This document shows positions 41,936-57,599 of a stretch of 64,000 nucleotides of DNA, one piece after another (within the stretch, counting starts at the first letter, position 1; every line of letters begins with the position of its first letter). The notes under the pieces are model-generated. The model was not told the origin of the DNA. It was given only the letters and a program-made list of their open reading frames with translations, and did not search any database. The translations under genes and the position numbers were made by a program. This DNA is from the human T2T-CHM13v2.0 reference genome, Homo sapiens, in the NCBI RefSeq assembly GCF_009914755.1, contig NC_060926.1; one strand, given 5' to 3'.

Positions 41936-43448
41936 TCCTGTTGTTTATGACAGACTCACTTTAAATTCAACAACACAGGCAATTGATGAGTAAAAAATAT
42001 AAATATATATTTTATTTAAATATAAAATGATATACCATGCAAACATTAATGGAAAATAGCAGGAGTTGCTATATTAAAATCTGATAAAATAGATCCCTTA
42101 GCAAAGAAAATTGATAGAGACAAAGAGGGACATTATATAATAATAAAAGGATCAACCCACCAGGAAGATAAAATTATCCTGAATATGGACACACCAAAAA
42201 AAACAGAAACTTATCCACATAAAACCAAACCTGATAGAGCTGAAAGTAGAAATAGACAAATCCATAATTATAGTTGGGAAATGTAACACCTCCTTCTTCA
42301 CAGCAATGAATGCAACTTCTAGGCAGAAAACTATTAAATATATAGGAGATATGAACAAGGCAATCAATCAACAGGACTTAACTGACATATACAGAACACT
42401 CCTCCTAACAGCAGCAGAATGCATTTTTTTTAAGTATCCATAGAACATTTATCAGGATAGATGATATTTTGGCCAATAAAATATATCTCAAGTTTTTTTT
42501 TTGAAAAATTTAAAGCAGCTATCATAAATATGCTTGAACTATCAGTTATAAAATAAATTTATCATACAGAGTATATTCTCTGACTATACTGAATCAAAGT
42601 AGAAGTCAATAAGAGAACCACAACAGGAAAATCTCTGAACACATAGAAACTAAGAAACATACTTCTAAATAATCTGACTCAAAGAAAAAAGCTCGAAGAA
42701 AATCTTAAAAATATATAGAACTGAATTTTGAGAACCCACTAAACACATCAAATTTGTGAGATGCAGCTAAAGCAGTAGTGAGAGGGAAATTTGTGGCTGT
42801 AAACACTCATATTAGAAAGTCAAAAACATGTCCAACAATAACTTATGCGTTTACTTCAGAAACTTAAAAAAAAAAGAAGAAAGCAACATAAATCCAAAGC
42901 AAGCAGAAGAATAAAATAAAAATAAAGCAGAAATCAATAAATTAAAAATAAGAAAGTCATAGAGAAAATCAATGAAATAAGCAGGTTTTTTAAAAAGTTA
43001 ATAAAATTGTTAATTTCTGTGAATTACTGATAACTAAAATGAGATGATACAAATAATCAACATCAGAAATGAAACAGATTATCAGTACAGATTCTATAAT
43101 CATCAAAAATATAATAAAATACTACAGATAAATGGATACTTATAACTACTACAAATTAAATAAATGGACCAATTCTTCAAATACCACAAACTACCAAAAC
43201 TCAGTCAAGATAAAACAGATAATGTAAGTAGTCCAATAATTATCAAAATAAAAATTGACACATTTAACAGCGTAGGGGAGATTAGTGGTTGTCAGGGGGT
43301 AGAGATGGATGTGGAATAAAAAAGAACAGTGGGGTTAGTTACAAAAAGGCATATGAGAGAACCTTGTGGTGCTGGAATTCTTCATTATTTTGACTGTAGT
43401 TGTAAGTACATGAACGTATATAGGTAATAAAATTATACAGGACTTAAT

Positions 43449-43481
43449 GTGCACACACACACACAGACACACACACACACA
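43449..43481. repeat. (CA)n microsatellite in L1 3'UTR
   Basis: Read directly. Confidence 0.85.
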
Positions 43482-43699
43482 AGGGTAAAATAACCGAGGA
43501 AATCTTAATAAGATTGTTGGATTGTAGCAGCATCAATACCCTGGTTGTGATATCTTTCTATATTTTACAAAACCTTACGAGTCAAAAGTGTTCAAGAGAA
43601 CTCACTGTATTCTTTCTTGTAACTGCATGCAGATCTACAATTATCTCAATAAAAACAATTTAATTGAAGCTAGAAAACAAAAATCAATTAGTCCAGAAA

Positions 43700-45220
<1,521 letters not shown>

Positions 45221-45449
45221 CCATTAAAATATTCTCATCATAAAAATATAACTGTTGTCAATTTTACTGGTTGTAATTTAAAAATCAATAAATATTACTC
45301 TTTTCCCAGGAATGTAATTGAAAACTAAAGCCATAATTATACTTGCCTAACAAGCAATTGAAGCATGGTTTTCTTTCACCTTACTCAAACTCATGTTTCA
45401 TGTGATTTTAGTTACCAACCTTTCATCATTAAAAATCACTAAGTTCAAT

Positions 45450-45517
45450 TTTTAACAAAATATGTTTAATTCCTTACTTACCATGTCTAGTAAGGAATTA
45501 AACATATTTTATTAAAA
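45450..45517. repeat. Inverted repeat, 29-bp arms (1 mismatch), 10-nt spacer
   Basis: ttttaacaaaatatgtttaattccttact / agtaaggaattaaacatattttattaaaa. Confidence 0.92.
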
Positions 45518-46158
45518 TATGCTTAGTATAATATTATAGTAGGTATAATTTTTTGTCTATAGAGAAGTGTTTTTTCATATTATTTGTGATTGAGTCAATG
45601 GTAGGCACACAATACTCAATCAATTAATATTTGTTTGTTCCTGGATGGCCCTAAGTGTAATTTTAATGTGCAACGATGGGCAATTTTATGTTTTGTGAAT
45701 GTCAGTCGGCTTTCTAATATCACTCTGCTCATCCAAAAATCAATCTCCCTTCCAACCTTGTCATAGGTTTCACTGACGGTAAAATCACTCATTTCAGTGG
45801 AGCAGAAAAGTAAAAGCAGAATCATTGTTTGGAACTACTGAGATATTGCACATGTATTTCATTTGTTCAAAAACCAAAACATCCAAGTCATCTTAACCAT
45901 GCCAATAATAGCGAAATATCTTCTGAGCTCTTCAATCTTTGAACAGCTAAAAACCTTAAACTCTATATGTATCTTTTTCTGCCTGGCATCCTATTTTTCG
46001 GTGAGGCCATTTTGTGTAATTCTGTGCTCTTGATTAGAAGTCGAACAAAGGCAATAATGAAAATACATAACCAAAGAAAACACTTAAAACACAGGAGCAA
46101 AAGCAATCATGGCCCATCCTGATTTAACCACTTTCTGTGGAGGTTTATGTTCAAGTAC

Positions 46159-46512
46159 TGTCTTAGTTTGTTTTGTGCTGCTATAACAGAGTGGCAATTT
46201 ATTAAAAAATAGCCGTGTATGTCTTACAGTTGTGAAAGCTGGGAAGTCGAGCGTCAAGGAGCCTGCGTCTAGCGATGTCCTTCTTTGTATGTCATCCTAT
46301 GGCAGAAGGCAGAAGGGCAAGAAAGCATGAAAGAGCCAGTGGGGGACACAACTAGCTTTTGTAATGAACCCATTCCCGTGATAACTGACATTCATTCGTC
46401 TATTCATGAGGACAGGGTACTCATGAACTAACAGTCCCTTCTCTCAACACTGTTGCCTTGGGGATTAAATTTTCAACATGTAATCATGAGGGGACACATT
46501 CAAATCATAGTG
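46159..46512 (-). mobile_element. MSTD solo LTR
   Basis: tgtcttagtttgttttgtgctgctataacagag...gggacacattcaaatcatag; perfect 5-bp TSD agtac. Confidence 0.85.
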
Positions 46513-47362
46513 AGTACATCGTTTTTTAATCATTTGAAGAACTACTATTAATTTAATTAGCAGTGAAGGGAGAAGGGAACAGAAAACTTTGCCTTAAGGA
46601 AGCTTGACTTTGAATAACGAAACAGACTAAACATCGACTTTGTGGCTTTTTCTTGTTTTTCTACACAGTTACCAAAAAAAAAATAAAATTAAATTTAAAA
46701 AAAGATAAGGCCTCTGGTGGGTGGTGGGGGGCGGGGAGGGAGGTTGGGGGGTTAAGCCAAGCGGGAAATTAAATCTTATAGGTATAAAATTACTGTAAAG
46801 GTCTAATTCTCTCAAAGTAGTACTTAAACCAGGGAAAGGATTACTTACTCCCCAAGCAGAGGTAGATAGACATAGAGAGAGATTGATAATATGGTAGATA
46901 AATGAAAGTTAAGCTTCTATGGAAGTTTCCTGTGACATAGCTTTGGATTTTTACACATGCAAATATTTTACATAACCACTAAATAATTTCAATCAAAATG
47001 GAATTGTAAATCCATAAAATTCAGGAGTTAAACACACACAAATTAGTACAAGTAAAACAAGAGAATTATTAAAAATATATAGGATATATCAAAGCCAATA
47101 TTATTATTATGTATTTGTATTTTTAAAGGTTCAAAATATGACCATAAAAGAAAACTGAGGTGTATAGACAAGGCACTTTTTGTACTGTTACTTACAACAG
47201 CTTGTGAAAATATAATCACTTCAAAAATACTTCCAAGCAAATAACCTGGGATATGTAAAGCAAAAATAAAATATTGTAAAACCTTGTCCATAATCATATT
47301 CTGGTAAACACTTGGTACTGCTGTGTTGAAATAAATAAACAAGCCTGCAAAGTAGTTGATGA

Positions 47363-47717
<355 letters not shown>

Positions 47718-48432
47718 AAAACCATATAATTTTTTAAACATTAACATTAACTCATGTTACATTTTATTGTAAACATATATTTTATATTATTTTTATTTGA
47801 AAATATGTAGAATGTGTGAGTTTACTCCATAGTAATAACCATGATCACTTTGAGTACTCACATTGTTATCTAAATGCCATTTCTCATTATAAAAGTAAAG
47901 GATACTGAAAATAAATGCTGATTGCAGAAACCCCTAAAATATCCTTAAAACTTGTTAGATATAAATTTTAACATGTTCTAGAAATCTTGGTTTTATTTCT
48001 AGGGAAATATAATTCAATAAGAAGGAAATTCCATTGCACAATATACATATAAATCAATCATCAGAAAATAGTAACTGAAAAGTTTTCAAGCTCAACACAT
48101 ACGTTAAAAATAAGTGTTATTAAAACATATTAATAACATTTTGGCTTTTGTGTGTGTGTTAATAAATATTAAACTTTACAATGGTTAAAAAAAGCCTTCT
48201 CATGGCGTGAAGTATAGAAAAATCTAATTAGCTAATACATTTTATTTCTCTTGCCTGTAGACCTTACACTATGGAGAAGGAAGAAGGGTAGGGTAGAAAA
48301 AAGATCAAGGTTTTTCTAACATTTTTCGGGATTATTTTTATTTATCAACTAAACTGAATAAGCATAACTTTTTTGGTATTACTTCCATTGTTACATCTAG
48401 AAATATTATTTCTCGCTCAGGTAATAATTTAG

Positions 48433-48739
<307 letters not shown>

Positions 48740-48754
48740 GAACTCCTGATTTTA

Positions 48755-49000
48755 ATCAGGAGACCAATTGCTGTAATAAACAATTCTAAAATATCAGAAG
48801 ATTAACATAATAAAAATTTATTTCTGGCTTCCATCACAGTCCACAGTAGGGGATGCTGCTCCACACTGCAATTTAGGGGATCAATTTTTGTTTTCCCAAT
48901 ATAGTGGGCCCAGCATTTCCTGGGAACTCTGCATTCTTACTGGATCCTCTAATTCCTGTTGGCAAATGAAGGAGAGATAAAGTGGAGAATAGGGACATTT
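48755..49000 (-). mobile_element. Old MLT1 (J/K-like) LTR fragment
   Basis: ttgctgtaataaacaattctaaaatatcagaagattaacataataaaaatttatttct. Confidence 0.5.
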
Positions 49001-49085
49001 TTGTTTTCATCATATTTTATTATTTTATATTAGGGCCCGTCCCTCAAACTATGTCACTGGGTAGATCTCAATCCTAGTGTCTCAA

Positions 49086-49240
49086 CAGGACAACAGACAT
49101 AATTTGGGGGCCCAGTGCAAAACAAAAATATGGAACTCCTTGTTCAGGCATTATTAAGAATTTCAGGACAATGTGGCAACTTAGCTTTAAACTAAGCAAG
49201 CGCAGGGCCCTTCTAAGGGATGCAGTTCATACACCGGAAA
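49086..49240 (-). mobile_element. MER45A (hAT-Tip100)
   Basis: cataatttgggggcccagtgcaaaacaaaaatatgg...ttattaagaatttcagg...gcgcagggcccttct. Confidence 0.75.
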
Positions 49241-49289
49241 TGTGGTCTAGCTGTGTATGAAGCAAGAAAAGTCAGTGGTGTTTGCTAAG

Positions 49290-49753
49290 TGTATTGCCAA
49301 TAACAAATGATCACAAACTCAGTAGCTTAAATCATACAGATTTATTATTTTACAGTTCTGGAGGGCAGTAGTCTAAAATAGGTCTCAAATCGAGCTGTTA
49401 GCAGAGCTGTGCTGCTATCTGGAGGTTCTAGAGGAAAATCCATTTGCTTACCTTCTCCAGCTTCTAGAGGCCACATTTGTTGAGTCGTAGTCCCTTCCTT
49501 CATCTTCAAAGGCAGGAACTTTTCATCTCTGATATTTCTTCCCTAATAATGTCCCTTTCCAGCCTTATTTGAGAACTATTTTAAGTACTCGTGTGATTAT
49601 ATTTGGGCCACCTGGATAATCCAGGCTACTATCCTCATCTCAAGGATACTAATCACGTTTGCAAAATCCCTTTTGCCACAGGAGGTAACATACTCACAGG
49701 TTCTGGGGATTCGGATGTGAGTATCTTGAGGAGGCATTATTCTGCCTACCACA
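49290..49753 (-). mobile_element. MLT1D solo LTR
   Basis: aacaaatgatcacaaactcagtagcttaaa...ttctccagcttctagaggcc...ggcattattctgcctaccaca. Confidence 0.85.
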
Positions 49754-50919
49754 GTGAGCACATAGCATTGTTTCCACTACACCCTCGTGTTTCATGAGAT
49801 TTCATATAAAGTATTTCTTTCATGACTTCTACCCAAAGAGGTTTACTTGCTAAAAGTAATTAGTCCTCCTTAAAACAGAGTCACATCATGGCAATCATGG
49901 GCTCCCATATGGAGATTACAAAGAAGCTCTGGTGCTGTCTTCCCTTTATACATTCTCCCTAAAAAATTTTCCTTTTCAAGAGTAAATGACTGCTATTCTT
50001 AAAGAATGTCTATGAAATCTCCCAGGCCTAGATCTCCTTTTCTACCTTTGTTATGACTAATCTATTTCTAAAAGGAAGACAGCAATTTGAATTGCATGAG
50101 AAATAAATTACTGAAGTTGAATTGGTGTGAGGAAAAAAGGAAAAACAAAAATTGTATCTGTATATATACCAAGTCAGAGTAAAATCTAGTACATTTAAGC
50201 TAGTTCTCTTAAAATCATCTTTTCGTAATGTTAAAGGCAATTGTTTTTAATTCTGATGAAATATAGCCTGCCAAGTCATGCCATTTTTTTAAGCAATTTC
50301 ACTTGCTGCCCCTAAAAGCAAAAAAAAAAAAAAAAAAAAATTAAAATTAAAATAAATTTAAAAATTAAAAATTAAAAAAAATAACTTTTTTCTTATTTTT
50401 TAATTAGTAGCAGCAAAATTGTTTATGAGATGTTTAGAGGCATGTTCACACAATGTGGTGGGGTGCAATGAGGGAACATCACATTTCATTCCTCAGGCAA
50501 CTTTGCTTTAGTTCAATTATTTCGGAAAGAATGAAAGTCCTGCTTGGATGCCCTCTGCTTCAATTCCACTATGCATCATTTTGTGGGCTTTTATTAATAG
50601 AAGAATTTGGAGAAAGGATGAGAATTCACATTTTAAAAAGAGGGAAGATGAAAGGATCAATTCTAGACATTTCATTTTCCCTCCTCTCAACAGCTGTGTG
50701 GGGGGAATAATGACAGACACTCCGTGAGACAAACTCTCATCAGGTGTGGCATCTGGTAATAGTTAAAGCCCACCTGAGGAGAAAGAAGAAAGATGTCCCC
50801 CAGGTGCAGATAATCTTTTAGATTATGCTTAACAAGAAATTTTAATAGCGTCAGACCAAAAAGAGTAGAATTTTTATTTATATACTTGTATATTAGAATA
50901 AAAGTCTCTTATGTATATG

Positions 50920-51378
50920 TATATAATCAACTCTCACTGGGTTATGAAATTATTATTAAATAACCCTAACATCTTAGTAGCATACAATAACTATAGTTTA
51001 GCTCTTGCTTGTATTCTTGGCTGTGATGAGCTTTGCCTCTGCTCTACATGTTGTCACCTGCCAGAACACAGGCTGAAAAAAGAGGAGTCACGTTGGAAAC
51101 ATGTTATTCTTATAGCAAAGGGAAAAGAGCAGGGCAGCTGGTGGAAACAGTCAACAGTACATAAAGCTTCCTCTAGGAATGGACTCGCACTACTTCTGGT
51201 TCATTATTACTGGCAGAAGTCAGTCCCATGGCCAACCCTGACATTGAGGAGAGAAAGTATATTTCACTTACAGGATGACAATGCAAGTCACACGGCAATA
51301 TGCCAAGCTATGCAAACCTCTTAATTGAAACTGGAAGAGAGGGGCAAATGATTGGGAACTATAACACAATTAATGTAC
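50920..51378 (-). mobile_element. MLT1J/K-like solo LTR
   Basis: caggctgaaaaaagag...catgttattcttatagc...ctggcagaagtcagtcccatggcc. Confidence 0.6.
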
Positions 51379-51572
51379 CTTGTTGACACATTTCCTAGCA
51401 GGGAGGGAAACCCCTTATTTTTCTAAAACCATGGAGGCCTTTGAAGCACATTTCTTATGCTGTAAAAGTTACAGAAAATAGAGTAGAGACATGTTGATAC
51501 TATAATGTTTTAGGTACTTAGAAATTTAAAGAGTGTAACAATTCAGAGAAAGCCAGAGTAATCATTGTAATA

Positions 51573-52296
<724 letters not shown>

Positions 52297-52339
52297 TTAT
52301 ATTTATGCTAAAGGAGAAAAATACTTTAAACAGAGAATA

Positions 52340-52827
52340 GTAGTTTCTTCCCTGAAGTCTATTCTGTTTTTTAATAGAAATAAATCACTATTTTATTACA
52401 TATGACTAAGTGCCCAACTAAATGACTACATTTCTCAGGCTCTCTTATAGCTAACATGGCCAATTAGACATAAGTGAGAGCAGGTGGATGGCACTTCGGA
52501 AAAAAAACTAGGAGTGGACAGGGTGACAGTGTGCACCTTCACCACTATCCCTTTCCATTTCTTTCTTCTTTCTGCTTAGGAATTAGACCCAATGAATGAA
52601 GAGCTGCAGTTTTTTGGATCTTGATCTTGAAGGTGGAAGCTGAGTGCTAAGAATGTTGGAGCTGAATATTAAAGGTATTTTGCATCCTTGCTGGAAATAT
52701 GTAGTCTCCTGTCAGTCCTAGATGACTTATATCTGGACTTCTTTCATGAGAGGGCAATATAAACTTCAATCTTGTTCGACTCATTATTTTCTATTTCTCT
52801 TACTAGCAGCTGTACAAAATTAGTATA
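52340..52827 (+). mobile_element. MLT1K/L-like solo LTR
   Basis: gactacatttctcaggctctcttatagct...atctggacttctttcatgagagggcaatataaacttcaatcttgtt. Confidence 0.6.
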
Positions 52828-54189
52828 CGGTACAAGGCTTAACAAAGGGATATTGAGTAAAAATTGAGAACAGCCTATTGTAGCTCTGACAACAGAGGAC
52901 TGTGTGAAGTGTTAAGTGGGAAATAAGATGATGGGGAACAAGATGCCAAAGAGAAGAACAGAGAAAGTTTATGATGGCCAAGACCAAGAAGAAGGCTGAA
53001 ACAGCCAAATGTGTAAAACTAAAGAAATAGTGATGTCTAAATTAAGACTGATTGTACAAAACTTAAACAGTTAGCTCCAATAATATCTATTTGTTAACAT
53101 AGCTATAGATCTAAATATAGATATATATATTTCTCTGAATATATACACATCACGAATTCACGTCAGAGAAATAAATAAAAATCTCAGATTTTTGTGTATT
53201 AATAATGTCGAATAAAATAGATCCCTCAATCATACTTAAACCAGGATGTCATAGAACCTTGAGTCCTTAATTAAGTAGATGGACATAAGGTATACTATGT
53301 CTCATGGACCATTTGGGGTGCCATTTTCAGCTACTTGCTTTGCTTCTCCAGACATCTCAGCAATAGCTACTCCCAACCAATGGGAACTATTCAAAATGAT
53401 TCTATTGAAAATGAAGATTAGGGATTGTGAAGACCTAAGTGCTACAGTGTTTTTTGTTTTGTTTTATTTTTTAATGTACCATTTGAACTATTTTTCCTGT
53501 TATTCAGTATTAAATGTATGGCCAGAAAAGGAAAAAAAAATGGGGCTTCTTAAAACTGTGGAATCTCTGTCCCTTAACAGGGGTCCTTTCCAAGCACTGG
53601 GCTAAGCAGGCGTACCTCACGATGGCCTTAATTCCCATGATGGGTATCCATGCCCTGACTTTGTCCTTTCTCAGGTATTCATCACCACTTGACAATAACT
53701 GATCTAAGAGGCTTTGCAATTGCTGGAAGTTTTACTTTTGAAGGCTGTCCTAAAACTGTCAATAAAATGACATTGCCACCAGCCTTCAGAAGACATCCTC
53801 CCCATCTCTGAAGCAGATATCATCACTTCCCACATGGCAAGTTGATGGAATTCATTCAAGACCTCTGAGGTCTTCCTATCACTTGGGAATTTAAAAAGAA
53901 TGATCTCTCATTTTATCACTTCTCTAAGACTGGACATACATAGATAAGTCTGATGGTATGCCAACATCTTTTCTCCTTGTGTTCTTCACAGGTATTCCAA
54001 AACTACTTGGGTTTCTCTTCACTAGAGATAACAGGTTAAATCATTTTCACAGCCTTTGAGTAGGAAAGGCCAATGCAGAACTGCATGCTTTCATATATGC
54101 CCCAAACATAGCTTTCTCCTGCCCATACACACTTCAGCTTATCTTAAGAGGACAATTTCTTGAAAAATCCCTTAATAAAAGAGCATTGA

Positions 54190-54470
54190 AATGTTATTCA
54201 TTCATTCAATTTTTTTTTGGCATTCTTACAATATATAAAGTACTGGGTTACATTTTGGGGAATGCCTCTGCCCAAAAGGTTGTCTCAGCCTCTATGACAC
54301 AGCCTAGAAAGAAAAGCAGCAAATACATTTAAAATTGCAAATATAAATATGCAATTACCTATCAGTCATAAAAGAAGTGCAAGGGGCTATAAAAAATTAA
54401 AACTGGGGAAGTAATTTAGATCAGAATATCAAGAATGGACTCTATGGTCACAATTTTGATATGAAACCTT
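54190..54470 (-). mobile_element. L2 LINE 3' fragment
   Basis: (attc)n tail followed by degenerate L2 body. Confidence 0.45.
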
Positions 54471-54959
54471 CAGGGTAAACCCTGAATTGTCCCAGTACTG
54501 TGCATTAGGAACAGACACTACTGATAAGGAAATATCTGATCCCTAGTCTTTCTATAAATTTTGGCCTGAACAACAATAGGCTCATATATATCTCATATCA
54601 CTTATGCTGGAGAACAAGTATTATACATATAATTTAATATGGTTGAGAAAAAGGCAAAAACGAATATTCTTCAATGATTATGTGAAGAAATATTACTAAG
54701 ATCTGGGGATGGTCTGCTGTAGGGCAGGTATAAACAGCACACATAAACTAATAGGTACTAGACAACCAAACAACTGTACAATTACAAGACATTTTAATTA
54801 ATTATAATAGTAGGCAGAGGGGATTCATGGTAAATCCCTGTTGTAGTTTCTAGAGTTGGACAAACATTTCAAAATTCTGAGAAAGACTTGAAAGTTTTTG
54901 ACTGGTTGAAGAAAAGATAGTATTGTTGGAATAAGTAGGTTAGAACATGAAGAACGGGG

Positions 54960-55084
54960 ACAAGGAGGAGGAAGAGAAGAAGAGAAAAAGGAGGAAGAAG
55001 TGAGGAAGAGGAGGAATTGGGGGAGGAGGGAGATGAGATGGAAGAGGTGGAGGAGATGGAGGAGGTGAAGGAGTAGGAGGAGGG
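54960..55084. repeat. GA-rich / (GGA)n low-complexity tract
   Basis: Read directly; explains the Ser-rich minus-strand ORF 54869-55183. Confidence 0.85.
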
Positions 55085-56121
55085 TTTGTAAAGCTGCATT
55101 TTAAGCAGAGGGAGTGAACTGAACGATAAAGGTGAGCAAGTGACAGATGCTGAAGACCACAGAGTAATAAAGAGGCTTGACATTAGCCACTGGCTAGAAT
55201 GCTACAGACCAGCTAGTTTGGGCCATGTTCAGTCAATTTCTACTGACTGAACATTTCAAAGAGGAAGCAGAGCTAATACTAGATTAAAGTACTAGGTTTG
55301 TCTATCAGTGCTTGAATAGCACTGATAGTCTAATTATATGGAGGTGTTAGGTAGCCTCTTGATTTTTTACGTGCATTTGCTGGTTTTATTCTAGTAATTA
55401 AATACACAATATTTGTTGTATAATTGCCAAACAGGACTAGATTTAAAAATCATTAAATAATTCTCAAAATAAATACCTTGACAATTAGTCAATGAAATGC
55501 ATTTAATCTTTTTAATGTAAACAGGCTAATGCTTTCTGTTTATTTGTATTCCTTTTTCTCTTGGGAAAAGTAGAGTAATTATTATTATTATTTTTCTGCT
55601 TCAGAATCTGCTTTTTAGAAGTGTGTCAATTGCATTCTAGTTCTTACAGGTAAATGTGTCCATTTAAAGTTATTTTCTGTATTTACCTTGCTGATCCTAC
55701 TTAGTTCAAAATAGCTATCTTGCTGAAATAGAAATGTCCACAGTAGCCTTTTTTTTCCTTTTCAGAAATCATTTCAAGCCTGATAAAGAAAGAAAAAAAT
55801 AATAAAACCAGCAAAGCATTTGTGTTGTGTGTTTTTTTAAAAGTGCTGCTCTTGTTTCTTTCAGGCATTTCAGAAAGGATCAAATGTATATTATTTGATT
55901 TATTTTGCTGTCTCTGAGAGTACATTTGGTTTTGTATATTTTAAACAGAGAGACAGAAATGACTTGATAAGCAGTATCCTTCAACACAGCTTGGAAACCA
56001 CTTAAGATGTTGGTCATTACATGAAGTGAAGATAGCTTTTTCATCCATGTATCTTTGAGTGCTCCTCTTAAAAGCATATAGAAGGAAAAAGATGAGAAGG
56101 GCAGTAAAGCAAAGAAGTAGA

Positions 56122-56196
56122 AAGGTTTATGTTGAAAATATGAGTTTTAAAGTTTATGAAAATATGAGTTTAAAGTTTATGTTGAAAATATGAGTT
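56122..56196. repeat. ~26-bp minisatellite x3 (aaagtttatgttgaaaatatgagttt)
   Basis: Read directly; the middle copy lacks 3 nt. Confidence 0.85.
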
Positions 56197-56679
56197 GTTA
56201 GTGCCTTTAAAAACGGAAAACACAACCAGCAGAGTTTCCCATTTGATAGTAATGGATGTCAACAATTTGGCTTGAAGTTAAAGCACTGTGGAAAAGCTCC
56301 ATTGGTTAAATATAAAATTTTGTTTGTGAGAACACATTTCTAGATGTTCTAATTGATTCAAAGTGTCTTGCTCAAAGAAGACACTCAATTTACATATACT
56401 GGATAGCTTCATCACCTTTCAACTAAACCAACTAGAACTGTCTGTTAAAGAGTATCAGTGAACCAGCTTTGAAATATATCATGGCAAATATTTAACAGCA
56501 AATAACACTGATTGGTAAAGAGGAACAGATATTACTTCAGTAAAATAATAGGAAGCTTCAGAAAGTTGGTGAAGAATTATCCAATTTGAAATTTGGCCAA
56601 AAAACAGTGCCTGACACACACCCACACCCTCCTTCAGCAATATGTTTGCTGCTATTTTAAATAGCCACGAACAGCCATA

Positions 56680-56860
56680 GTATTAGTTTTGTAGCTAAGT
56701 GTTCAGCAAATGGAGTCGGTGCTCTGAATTCTAATTCCAATTCCCTATTTAGTTTCTTTATAACAATGCCTCAATTTCTTGACATTAGCCTATTTTGTGG
56801 AGTTCTGCAGGACTTAACTCATGTGATGTAATGATTAAAAATTTCTACAATGTCCAGTAA
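56680..56860 (+). mobile_element. MIR fragment
   Basis: ggagtcggtgctctgaattctaattcc...tgcctcaatttctt. Confidence 0.45.
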
Positions 56861-57599
56861 ACTAGAATAACAATTCCATGTGGCATAATGGTCATGTCTG
56901 ACAAGAAGAACACATATAATCAGTATTAGAGAAGACAGAGAGGTGAAAGAAAGCAAACTCCCTTAGCTTAGAATCAGAGTAGAGCTTAAAAGCAAGCCAC
57001 TACTCTCTCTACAAGCAACAAAAAGCCGCACTGTCTGCACAACAATTCTATTGTCTCTGCAGTTTATCTCAATGTGTTATCTTGCTTGAATCAGCTTCCC
57101 TCCCGGGCACAGCATTGCTCAAATTTTCATATTAAATTGCCACCAAACTTTTCACCATGAACAGCATGCTAGAATGCAGAAAAGGATGATGGCTACTCAA
57201 TCACCAGCCAGATGAACAGCATGACTTTCTTTGCAAGTACTGACTTAGAGTAAGTGCGGTTAATTTTTGCAAACTGAGAAAATCACATTTTAAATGGCTT
57301 GTGTATAGGCCATTTATAGCTAATTTGAGAATAAGCACATTTCTCTAAGGCTGAAGACTTAAATAAATGTTAAGATTATACAGATTACTTACAACGTGAT
57401 AGATACTGCTTTGTGCAAGCTACAAGTAGTCTACACTGTTGATTATATCCTTTCCCAATTTACCTCCATTTCACCTGTCTTAACCAAAAAAAAAAAAAAA
57501 ATGCACACAATTTATGAAGAAAGAGGAATAGACAGTGAGGAATTGAAACAATAATGAAGCTATTCCATCAACTTATCCAAAAAAAAGATTATTGGTTAT

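Noticed and set aside
54869-55183. Ser-rich 104-aa ORF with a hydrophobic tail
   Set aside because: Translation of the GGA/GA low-complexity tract
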